Under the pieces are notes generated by a model, which saw nothing but the letters and a program-made list of their open reading frames with translations, ran no database searches and was not told the origin of the DNA. This document shows positions 8,637-17,205 of a stretch of 64,000 nucleotides of DNA, piece by piece. Position 1 is the first letter of the stretch; every line of letters starts with the position of its first letter. Source of the stretch: an uncultured Planctomycetia bacterium (GTDB lineage: Bacteria; Omnitrophota; Gorgyraeia; Gorgyraeales; Gorgyraeaceae); assembly GCA_964415355.1 (NCBI GenBank), contig CAYPYS010000001.1:215399-279398 (forward strand), given 5' to 3'. A program made the position numbers and the translations under genes.

Positions 8637-11600
8637 TTTTAATGCGTACCACCTGCCTGGGCCGAGAGGGCCGTGGGCTTCGAGCATACCGCGATCCACA
8701 AGCTCCTTCAGGTCCCTGGCTGCAGTAGGCACAGATATATTGAAACGCTCAGCGTATTCTTTGCGCGTGATTTTCTTTACTTCTTTTAAAAGCTCTAAAA
8801 GCTCTTCTTGTCTCTTTTTGAGAAGCGGCAGTTCTTCTGGCGCTTGAGGAGTGGGCTCAGGTTCTGGCTCGGGAGGCGCGGGTTCTGGCGGAGCAGGTTC
8901 TGACAGAGCAGGTTCAGGTGGTGCAGGTGGCGGCGGTGGAGGCAATTCTATTTTTGGCTCTTTTGGCGGCTTTGGCGTCTCTGGTTCCTTTGGCAACTCT
9001 TTCTTTTCTTGCTCTTGCGCTCTTATCTGAGGTTTGTATTCTTCTGCCTCTTTCAGTGATTCCGGCTCCTTTGGCTCTTCTTTTGGTTTCTCTTTCTTCT
9101 TAATACTAAAAGGTTTTACTTTGACCTTGAACTCCCTCGCCTCATCCGCCGATAATTTAATATCCCGATCCCTTTTAACTACTGGCTTTGCAATTTTTTT
9201 TGCTGCAGTCCTTGGCGGCTCAGCCTTTTTAACCGGCATAAGTTTAAAAACCGGCTTTGGCCCAAAAATACCGGCCACGACCAAATATATGCAAGGTATA
9301 ACAAAAAGTGTCAATATCGTTGAAACCAAAAGTCCGCCCATGACCGTTATCGCCATTGGACTCTGTATCTCCGCCCCTTCTGCAATGCCTGCTGCCAGCG
9401 GCAAAAGCCCCAGCACCGTGGTCATTGTCGTCATGAGAATCGGCCTGAGTCGCATCTTGCCTGACTCTATAACCGCTTCCACGAGCTCGACGCCTTTAGC
9501 GCGCAGCCTGTTTATTGAATCAATCAAAATAATACCGTTATTGACAACGATACCTCCAAGGATTATCACGCCGAGAATCACAACGACGCTGACAGGGGTA
9601 CCTGTAATAAATAACGCGAACAACGCTCCGATCGCAGAAAGCGGCAGCGTAAACATAATAATAAACGGCTGCCACAATGACTCGAATTGCGAAGCCATTA
9701 TCATGTAGACCAAGAGCATCGAGAGAAGCAGCGCAAACCTCAGCGACTTAAAAGATTCGCTCATCTGCTGACTTTCCCCCGAGAGATCAATGGTAAAAAG
9801 CTTCTCTGAGTCTCCCATCTTGTGCGACACCACGATCTTTTCCCGCTCAATATCCTCTATCATGGCCTCTATATCCATGATCACTTTATCCAGCGCCCTG
9901 TCAGCGATGTTGGCAGTCAGAAGAATAACCCTCTGTTGATCCAGCCTCTTTATCTCGCTAGGCCCTACGCCTTGACTGATATAGGCGACCTCTGACAGCG
10001 GCACCTCGATCCCGAGCGGAGAATGCACAAGCACGTTTCTGATTTGCGAGAGGCGCGACCGGCTTTCCTTCCTCAGTCTGACCCTCACATCTATCTCGTC
10101 TCCTTCTTCCTTAAACTTCGTCGCGACCACTCCTTTTATAGCAGTGTGCGCGGCCTGAGCTATGGTTCCCGTCGACAGATTGTAAAGCGATGCCTTGTCC
10201 TTAAGCACATTGACCTTTGTCTCTGGCGAAGGACTGATGAGACTCGTGCGGATACCGTATATACCTTTAACGCTAGCGAGTTTTGCTTTGACATACCTGG
10301 AAAGTTCTTCTATCTTATCAAGGTTTTTTCCTTTTATTTCAATGACAATAGGCGCGCTGCCCTGCAGGGCTGTCTTAAAAATACTCTCCTGTAGAATATA
10401 TTCTACCTGCGCTCCCTGCAGATCCAGTCTGTCTAATTCGCGTTTCAATTTTTCTATTGTCTTAGATGTCGGAGGCTGGCCTTTTCCTTTCTCCAGCGTC
10501 ACTATTATCTGAGATTGGTTGGACCCCAATGTTTCAACGCCTTGAGAATAGTCTTTTCTCGCGCTCGAGCCAATATTAACAGCCACGCCTTCAACGCCCC
10601 CTGTTCCAAAAAGTACTTTTTCTATCTTTGCCACAGCACTGTCCGTGGCCTCCAGCTTTGTGCCGCTAGGCATGTTGACTTTCATGATAAATTCGCGCTG
10701 GTCTATCTTTGGCATAAATTCCTTGTCCAGCAAGGCAAAAAGCCACACGCTCACGGCAAAAATTATAAAAATAAGGATCAGAAAAGCCACTCTGAATCTT
10801 AAAATCGTAGGTATGAGTCTTGAATAAACAGGCTTGAGGCCGAATGTAAATTCGCTCTTTTCTTCTCTGGATGCAGCGTTCGAATTCGAAATAGATCTCT
10901 GGGCGCGAAGACCGCCAACGCCGGTCAGCCGCGGGATCAAAGAAAGTGCCACAACTAAAGACGCGATCAGCGAAAACGTGACAGTAAAGGCGAGCTCTCT
11001 AAACAGCTGTCCCGCGACGCCAACGACAAATATCATCGGCAAAAATACTGCGACAGTAGTGAGCGTCGACGAGAAAATAGCTCCCGACATCTCGCTGGCC
11101 CCGGACTTACTCGCGTCTTTTATATTTACGTCTTTGCCTTTTTGGAGATGGGCGTAGATATTTTCAATTACAACTATTGCGTTGTCCACGAGCATGCCTA
11201 TACCGAGGGCCAGCCCGCCAAGAGAAAGCATGTTCAGCGAAATACCGTTGAAATACATGAGGCAGAACGCGACCATGATGGATATCGGCATTGAAAACGC
11301 GACTATTAAAGAAGCCCTGACCCTTCTTATAAAAATAAAAAGCACTAAAAATGCGAGAGCGCCTCCGATAATCGCAGCCTGCATGACCCCGCGTATTGAT
11401 TTTTTAATCAGGAGCGACTGGTCATATATTATGTCTATTTCCATTCCTTCCGGCAGATCTGCTTCTATTTCCTTCAGCCTCGCTCTTACTTTTTGGGCTA
11501 CAAGCAGGATGTTAACGCCCGCTTGTTTCTGCACAGCCACTGAAACGTTTTCCCTGCCATTGTAACGCGAGATGCTCGTGCGGTCTTTAAATGTGTCCTT

Positions 11601-12437
11601 GAGTTCCGCTATATCCTTAAGGTATATCAGTCTTTCTCTTTCCTTTATATCCTGAGCTTGTCGGGGAAGGATCGCGCGTAGCCCTGAGTCCTCGATCTCC
11701 CTGTCTACAACGGTCTCCTCTATATCCGAAAGCACCTGGAATTCCCCCATTGTCCTTATGAGGTATTCGTAAAAATGCTCCTCTATTGTGCCTGCTGGAT
11801 AATTTATATTAGACGACCGCAGAGCCTCAACGACCTTTGTGATGGAAATATTGGAAGCGCGCAGCCTTCCTTCGTCTATGGAGACAAGTATTTCGCGCTC
11901 CAGTCCGCCGGCAAGGTTACACGACGCCACGCCGTCGACCTTTTCAAGTTCGTCTTTGATAAATTTTCTCGAGAGCCGCAGGAGTTCTGAAGGAGACTTG
12001 TCGCCTCTGACGCTCAACGTAAGGACAGGCAGCTCAAACGGGTTGAATTTCATTACTATCGGGTCTGAAGAACCTATAGGAAGTCGTTCTTTTATGAGGT
12101 CTATTTTTTCGCTCACGCCGAGAGAGGCAAAATCCATGCTCGTGCCCCAGCCGAATTCACCGGTGACGATCGAAACGCCTTCCTTCGAGATAGAGCTTAT
12201 GCGTTTCAGATTACTGACTGTGCCGACCGCTTCTTCGATAATCTTCGTAATCAGTGTCTCGACTTCTTCTGGCGCTGCGTTTTCGTATGTGGTAACTACT
12301 GTGAGTTGCGGATAGGTGATAGAGGGGAAGAGTTCCCTAGGAAGGCGCGTAAGCGAGATCAACCCTAATATCAGCGCCCCCAAAAAGAACATGGAGATCG
12401 TAACAGGCCGATTTACTGAAAATTCTGGAAGTCGCAT
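8634..12437 (-). CDS. RND efflux permease with Pro-rich linker and C-terminal winged HTH
   Basis: AcrB motifs (SVNRPVT, GMLVDNAIVVIENI, RLRPILMT), then a PPPPPPAPPEP linker and RQEELLELL...ITRKEYAERFNISVPTAARDLKELVDRGML. Confidence 0.92.
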   Translation of the reverse strand: MRLPEFSVNRPVTISMFFLGALILGLISLTRLPRELFPSITYPQLTVVTTYENAAPEEVETLITKIIEEAVGTVSNLKRISSISKEGVSIVTGEFGWGTSMDFASLGVSEKIDLIKERLPIGSSDPIVMKFNPFELPVLTLSVRGDKSPSELLRLSRKFIKDELEKVDGVASCNLAGGLEREILVSIDEGRLRASNISITKVVEALRSSNINYPAGTIEEHFYEYLIRTMGEFQVLSDIEETVVDREIEDSGLRAILPRQAQDIKERERLIYLKDIAELKDTFKDRTSISRYNGRENVSVAVQKQAGVNILLVAQKVRARLKEIEADLPEGMEIDIIYDQSLLIKKSIRGVMQAAIIGGALAFLVLFIFIRRVRASLIVAFSMPISIMVAFCLMYFNGISLNMLSLGGLALGIGMLVDNAIVVIENIYAHLQKGKDVNIKDASKSGASEMSGAIFSSTLTTVAVFLPMIFVVGVAGQLFRELAFTVTFSLIASLVVALSLIPRLTGVGGLRAQRSISNSNAASREEKSEFTFGLKPVYSRLIPTILRFRVAFLILIFIIFAVSVWLFALLDKEFMPKIDQREFIMKVNMPSGTKLEATDSAVAKIEKVLFGTGGVEGVAVNIGSSARKDYSQGVETLGSNQSQIIVTLEKGKGQPPTSKTIEKLKRELDRLDLQGAQVEYILQESIFKTALQGSAPIVIEIKGKNLDKIEELSRYVKAKLASVKGIYGIRTSLISPSPETKVNVLKDKASLYNLSTGTIAQAAHTAIKGVVATKFKEEGDEIDVRVRLRKESRSRLSQIRNVLVHSPLGIEVPLSEVAYISQGVGPSEIKRLDQQRVILLTANIADRALDKVIMDIEAMIEDIEREKIVVSHKMGDSEKLFTIDLSGESQQMSESFKSLRFALLLSMLLVYMIMASQFESLWQPFIIMFTLPLSAIGALFALFITGTPVSVVVILGVIILGGIVVNNGIILIDSINRLRAKGVELVEAVIESGKMRLRPILMTTMTTVLGLLPLAAGIAEGAEIQSPMAITVMGGLLVSTILTLFVIPCIYLVVAGIFGPKPVFKLMPVKKAEPPRTAAKKIAKPVVKRDRDIKLSADEAREFKVKVKPFSIKKKEKPKEEPKEPESLKEAEEYKPQIRAQEQEKKELPKEPETPKPPKEPKIELPPPPPPAPPEPALSEPAPPEPAPPEPEPEPTPQAPEELPLLKKRQEELLELLKEVKKITRKEYAERFNISVPTAARDLKELVDRGMLEAHGPLGPGRWYALK

Positions 12438-12459
12438 TATTCACTTTAAATTAATCTCC

Positions 12460-12496
12460 TAACTTTACATTTCAACAACGTTAAAATGTAAACTTA
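12460..12496. repeat. 37-bp palindromic element, copy 6
   Basis: TAACTTTACATTTCAACAACGTTAAAATGTAAACTTA, 7 bp downstream of the MFP stop. Confidence 0.95.
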
Positions 12497-12503
12497 GGGA
12501 CAC

Positions 12504-13685
12504 TTATTCTTCTAGTATATTTTCCTGAACCTCTATTATATTAACGACCATACCATCTTTTAGTTCCTGGGAATAATCAACGACCACCAAATCGTCCTCG
12601 TATATTCCGAAGGAAATAACCGTATAGTCGCTTGTGATATAGTCCACGTCTACAGAGCGGGAAGAGACAACATTATCTTCGTCAACCGTAAATACACTAT
12701 AACCCTCGTCAGTCCTCTCGAGACTTAGACTCGGCACGACTATTGCATTATTAAATTCAGCGACGGTGATCATAGCCCTGCAAAACATTCCTGGCAAAAG
12801 CATGGCGCCCGGATTCTCTACCCTCACTCTAACAGTGAGCGTCCTGGACTTGCCCTCGATGACAGGAAATACATTGTCTATAACGCCCGTAAACGTTTCG
12901 CCCGGATACGCGTCGACCGTGACGGAAACGCCCTGTCCAAGCGCAATCTTATCAATATCTTTTTCAACTATCCCAAGCTCTATAAACACCTCTTTTATGC
13001 CATAGAGCGTAGCAATCTTGTCATGCGGCGTCACAAACTCCCCTACCTCGACATCGCGAGAACCTAGCACGCCGTCGCGCCACGCGTAGAGATCTGTCTT
13101 TACAAGTTCTGACTCTGCAGACTTTAGTTCGACCTTGGCTGACTCGACCTGAAGCGCCGCGCTCTTTGTCTCGAGTTCTACCTCTTCCAGCTTTGCCTTT
13201 ATAATGCCGCCTATATCGTAAAGATTTTTGTGTATATCCAGTTTCTTTTTTGCTGCCAATGCCTGAAGCTTTATAGACTCTAATTTGCTCTTGGCATAAT
13301 CCACTTTTAGCTGTGAGTCTTTTTTATCCAGGCTAGCTATCAAGTCTCCTTTGTAAATAATATCGCCTTCCCTGAAGCCTATAGTCTCTACCACGCCATT
13401 GATCTCGAATTTAAGCCCGATCTCCAGCGCGCCTTTTACTGTGCCCAGTACTGGCAGTTCATCCTTGAAATCCGTAGGCGCAGCCCTGTAACATCTGACA
13501 TGAGCAGCTTCAACAGCCTGAGCCTGCTGGCTGCTGTCAACGATCTCCATTTCCTGCCCTATGTCTTTTGTTTTCTGGATGCTATCTTTTGTTCTATGCC
13601 TTAACAATGAGAATCCCCACACTGCCAAAAAACCCACTACCCATAAAAGTATAAATCCTATGATTATCGTTTTCGACTTCTTCAT
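12504..13685 (-). CDS. RND periplasmic adaptor (membrane fusion protein)
   Basis: N-terminal TM, lipoyl half motifs (FEINGVV...EGDIIYKGDLIASLD; DGVLGSRDVEVGEFV), SRTLTVRVRVENPGAMLLPGMF. Confidence 0.92.
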   Translation of the reverse strand: MKKSKTIIIGFILLWVVGFLAVWGFSLLRHRTKDSIQKTKDIGQEMEIVDSSQQAQAVEAAHVRCYRAAPTDFKDELPVLGTVKGALEIGLKFEINGVVETIGFREGDIIYKGDLIASLDKKDSQLKVDYAKSKLESIKLQALAAKKKLDIHKNLYDIGGIIKAKLEEVELETKSAALQVESAKVELKSAESELVKTDLYAWRDGVLGSRDVEVGEFVTPHDKIATLYGIKEVFIELGIVEKDIDKIALGQGVSVTVDAYPGETFTGVIDNVFPVIEGKSRTLTVRVRVENPGAMLLPGMFCRAMITVAEFNNAIVVPSLSLERTDEGYSVFTVDEDNVVSSRSVDVDYITSDYTVISFGIYEDDLVVVDYSQELKDGMVVNIIEVQENILEE

Positions 13686-13697
13686 AACCTTTCCTTA

Positions 13698-13723
13698 TGT
13701 CATTCCCGCGCAAGCGGGAACCC
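13698..13723. repeat. GTCATTCCCGCG..GCGGGAA REP-like hairpin
   Basis: TGTCATTCCCGCGCAAGCGGGAACCC, abutting copy 7 of the 37-bp element. Confidence 0.8.
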
Positions 13724-13760
13724 TAAGTATACATTTCAACAATGTTAAAATGTATACTTA
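13724..13760. repeat. 37-bp palindromic element, copy 7 (supplies stop codon)
   Basis: TAAGTATACATTTCAACAATGTTAAAATGTATACTTA; TTA 13758-13760 is the TolC stop. Confidence 0.95.
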
Positions 13761-15593
13761 GGGCTTTGGGTGTGAGGCCAATCGGAAACTTCCGTCATCC
13801 AGAAACAAAGTATAGCCCGTAGCCCTGTTCAACTTTGCCAATGCCTGGTACAAGCTGCCGACCGCTTCTATATAAAATGACTTCTCGTCTGTAAGACTGA
13901 TGCGCGCCTGCATAAGCGCTGAATACGGTATTTCATTGAGCCCTGTTCGCGCTTTCGCGACCTTGAGTTCTTCTTCCCGATAATTCACCTTGTCCAGGTT
14001 TGCCCTTGCCTGTATCAAGCCTTTCTCGTATCCATAATAAGCATCTTTTATCTCTCTTATAATCGAGGCCTTTAGTTTCTTCAGCTCTTCCTTTGCCTTC
14101 TTAAATCCTATGCTGGCAGACTTTTTCTCAGAAAAACTCTGGAGGTTATCGAGGATCCCTATTTCAACAGACTGGCTCGCTGACTCTGTCCTGGTGCTTT
14201 CGCCGTGTTTCTCGCTCGTCTTGTCCTCTGTATAACCAGCGGATATTGTGTTGCCGCCAAGAGGCTTTGTCACTTTTAACCCAAGATACCAATCTTGATC
14301 CAATTCCAGCGTCTCTGTTTCAAACGCGCCGCCGGATTTTCCGTAAGAACCAGAGAGATCCACCTTAAACTGATCTTTGCTCTTCGCGATCTTCTGCCCA
14401 TAATCGTTAAAATCCACTATGTGCTTCTTTGCCTTGAAATCAGGCCTGTAACCAAACGCCAGATCCATGCACTGGTTCAATGTAACATCGACCTCTATCG
14501 CCTCAAGATAAGTAAGCTCTCCTAAGATCAAAACTTCACCCATATCGTCAGAGTCTTCGATGTTCATTGCCTGCGCGAGAGTCAATTTTGCCATGTCCAG
14601 CTCATTCTCGCTCGATGAGACCTGGTAGGCGATCTGCTTCATCTGTGAATGGACCTGCAAGAATTCTGTCTTTGTGCTCAAGCCCAGGTCAAACCTTTTC
14701 TTTGCCATCTCAAATATAGCCTCTGCGTCTTTTAATAGCTCACGCTGTTCCTTGAGGTTTATGCTCTTTACAATATATGAATAAAATGCTGTCTCTACGT
14801 CCATCCTCAAATCCTGCAATACCCTGTCATAATTTTCCTTTGAGGCCTTCATATTAGACATTGCCTGATCTACCGCATATTTAAGCCGCCAGCCATAATA
14901 CAGCGGGTGCTCGAACTTTATTTTGTACTCCTTGTCTGTGAAATCCTGGGTCGTGCCAGTAGTCTTACCTGTGGTCTCCATGTAATTCAAGCTCGCGGAC
15001 GGGTACAGCGCGCGGCGCGCCTCTCTGATCTTCAGCTCTGAGAGCTCTATTTCTTCCTTGGCTATGTCAGTGGATAAATTATTCTCAAGCGCGATATCTA
15101 TGGCCTGACCAATGTGCAGTTCCTCGGGCAGCGAGGCAGCAAACTCCGGCTCTGGTTCCCTGCTTTCAGTATAGTCCTCGCCAGGCTCTTTTTTAGGACT
15201 GGTCGCAAAGAATATCACAGGCACATCCAGCCATAGTTCTTCGGCGCCCAACTGGGCTGGAAAAGGCTTGAATCTATCTAATTTAAAAGTTGCCCTGAGA
15301 CAGATCTTGTCTAGATTTTTATTGCCTGAGGACTCAGAAACATAGATATCCCTTAGCTCACCCTTAGGAGAAAGAAGCATCTTAAGTTTCATTTCGCCCC
15401 TGGAATTAGACACAATATACCTCTCAGGCTTTCCTATGGCCTCATTTATATCCTTTGAAAGCCCAATTATATACTGTGTTATTGCTTCAATATTAGACGA
15501 AGATACTTGGTAGGCAAAAGATACAGTGCTGCATTGCGCTATAACTATAATAAATACAATAAGATACAATAATTTTCTATGCCTTGTAATCAT
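13758..15593 (-). CDS. TolC-family outer membrane efflux protein with N-terminal TonB C-terminal-like domain
   Basis: Signal peptide; GEL.DI.VSESSGNKNLDK...FKPFP...VPVIF (TonB_C-like); then OEP motifs AIDIALENN, ARRALYPS, RFDLGLST, KLNRATG. Confidence 0.85.
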   Translation of the reverse strand: MITRHRKLLYLIVFIIVIAQCSTVSFAYQVSSSNIEAITQYIIGLSKDINEAIGKPERYIVSNSRGEMKLKMLLSPKGELRDIYVSESSGNKNLDKICLRATFKLDRFKPFPAQLGAEELWLDVPVIFFATSPKKEPGEDYTESREPEPEFAASLPEELHIGQAIDIALENNLSTDIAKEEIELSELKIREARRALYPSASLNYMETTGKTTGTTQDFTDKEYKIKFEHPLYYGWRLKYAVDQAMSNMKASKENYDRVLQDLRMDVETAFYSYIVKSINLKEQRELLKDAEAIFEMAKKRFDLGLSTKTEFLQVHSQMKQIAYQVSSSENELDMAKLTLAQAMNIEDSDDMGEVLILGELTYLEAIEVDVTLNQCMDLAFGYRPDFKAKKHIVDFNDYGQKIAKSKDQFKVDLSGSYGKSGGAFETETLELDQDWYLGLKVTKPLGGNTISAGYTEDKTSEKHGESTRTESASQSVEIGILDNLQSFSEKKSASIGFKKAKEELKKLKASIIREIKDAYYGYEKGLIQARANLDKVNYREEELKVAKARTGLNEIPYSALMQARISLTDEKSFYIEAVGSLYQALAKLNRATGYTLFLDDGSFRLASHPKP

Positions 15594-15614
15594 GTCTTAC
15601 CCTCGTGAAAAAGA

Positions 15615-15643
15615 AGTATACCATATGATTATATAATTGTCAA
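15615..15643 (-). promoter_or_regulatory. Sigma-70 promoter of the TolC-RND operon
   Basis: Minus strand TTGACA-17 nt-TATACT with extended -10 TG, 21 bp upstream of the TolC ATG. Confidence 0.8.
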
Positions 15644-15722
15644 TATTGGGGTTACAAAAATTTTGATACAGTTATGATACGGTTGGTTTGTTGGTGAGTC
15701 CCTTAGCATAATGAAGATATGC

Positions 15723-15900
15723 TAAGGCATGCTTAGGTCAGTCTTCGGAGGCCTCTTTATTTTTTGCGGACATGGTGCTTAACTTTACACTTTAACGTTG
15801 TTGAAATGTAAAGTTAAGCGAGCAAAAAATAAAAAGGAGAGAAAGCCGCTTCGCTGGGAGCGGCTGAGCGTCCTACGAAGACTGGCCTAAGCATGTCTTA
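15723..15900. mobile_element. 178-bp TA-flanked MITE-like inverted-repeat element containing a nested 37-bp element
   Basis: 29-bp terminal inverted repeats 15723-15751 and 15872-15900 (26/29 complementary); inner IR 15752-15767 with 15822-15837 (15/16); right TTA is the ROK stop codon. Confidence 0.6.
15780..15816. repeat. 37-bp palindromic element, copy 8
   Basis: TAACTTTACACTTTAACGTTGTTGAAATGTAAAGTTA. Confidence 0.95.
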
Positions 15901-17139
15901 GGCGTTTACGAAGACATGCCTTATTACAATACTGGCTGCACCAAGGGCAACTGAGTTCGTGCCGAGCTGGGCAGGTATTATCTTTACGATATTGGCTGGT
16001 TCCTCAAAAGCCCACTTCCTGACTGTCCTTCTCAAGGGCTCGAGAAAGAGGCTGCCAGACTTCTCTACGCCGCCTCCTATGATCACTATCTCTGGGTTAA
16101 ATAGGTTCACTAGATAGGCTACTCTAACGCCTAGATTAACAGCCGCGTCTTCCAAGAGGTCGATCGCAAGCGTGTCACCTGACTTTGCTGCCTCTATTAT
16201 ATTATCAATGCTCAACTTGTTCAAACTGCTGGCTGACTTGTCAGAAATAGTGGACTTTACACCCTTTTCTTCTATTAGCTTCCTGGCTTGGCTCACAAGA
16301 CCCAGGTCCAATCCCAACGGGAGCAAAAACGACAGATTCTTAGATAGTTTCAGGTAATCACCGTTTCTAGGATAATTTATGCGCAGCTCACCCGCGCTGC
16401 CGCTTGCTCCAGAGTATACGCCTCCTTTAATAATAATCCCACTCCCAACATCAGAATACATATAGATAACATCCTCTATATCTATCGGAAGCGCGTACAT
16501 CTTTTCTCCAAAAGCAGCGTAAGTAGCATCATTGCCAAGAAAACACGGCACGCCATACCTTTGTGAAATAAGGTCTTTTATTGTAATATAACTTGTGCGT
16601 ATGCCATGCTTGGTCGAGTCTCTTACAGTGCCCAGGGCATCGTCTATAACACCGCCTATTCCTATGCCGACTCCCTTGATCTTGTCTTTCTTAACATCCT
16701 TTTTGTTAATCAATGTCTCTATCAGATCCATGGACTTCTCTATAATCCTGTCCATGCTTTCTTTTTCCCTGTTAGTCTCGACCCTGGCTATTACCTTACC
16801 AGAAAGATCCGTGACAATGCCCGCCATGCTCGCGCCGCTTGCACCCATATGGCCGAGGTCAATGCCTATCGCATAACCGTTTCCGCTATTTAACTTTACC
16901 AGAGTCGGCTTCCTGCCGCCAGAAGAAGCCTCCATGCCGCTCTCTATAACAAGCCCATCCTTAATATGAGTATTTATGTAATTCGATACTGTCACTATAT
17001 TCAGGTCTGTTATCTTAGACACCTCTGCCCTGGTAATAGGCCCATTGCGACGGATCAGATCCAGTATGGAAAAATTTTTCTTCTCATGGTCCGACAATAA
17101 ATACGTTTCAAAAAGCCTGTTCTTATTAGCAGTTGGCAT
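15898..17139 (-). CDS. ROK-family transcriptional regulator (NagC/XylR-like)
   Basis: N-terminal HTH (GPITRAEVSKITDLNIVTVS), SSGGRKP, IGIDLG, GNDATYAAFGE, GSAGEL, NLFNPEIVIIGGGV. Confidence 0.93.
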   Translation of the reverse strand: MPTANKNRLFETYLLSDHEKKNFSILDLIRRNGPITRAEVSKITDLNIVTVSNYINTHIKDGLVIESGMEASSGGRKPTLVKLNSGNGYAIGIDLGHMGASGASMAGIVTDLSGKVIARVETNREKESMDRIIEKSMDLIETLINKKDVKKDKIKGVGIGIGGVIDDALGTVRDSTKHGIRTSYITIKDLISQRYGVPCFLGNDATYAAFGEKMYALPIDIEDVIYMYSDVGSGIIIKGGVYSGASGSAGELRINYPRNGDYLKLSKNLSFLLPLGLDLGLVSQARKLIEEKGVKSTISDKSASSLNKLSIDNIIEAAKSGDTLAIDLLEDAAVNLGVRVAYLVNLFNPEIVIIGGGVEKSGSLFLEPLRRTVRKWAFEEPANIVKIIPAQLGTNSVALGAASIVIRHVFVNA

Positions 17140-17168
17140 GGCTCCCTCCTTTTTTAATTGCGCCCTTC

Positions 17169-17205
17169 TAACTTTACACTTTAACGTTGTTGAAATGTAA
17201 AGTTA
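17169..17205. repeat. 37-bp palindromic element, copy 9 (supplies stop codon)
   Basis: Identical to copy 8; TTA 17203-17205 is the stop codon. Confidence 0.95.

Noticed and set aside
15690-15900. 6S RNA or riboswitch
   Set aside because: Size and long-range pairing fit, but I see no family motifs. The TA-flanked TIRs on a stop codon fit a MITE better. An Rfam scan is needed.
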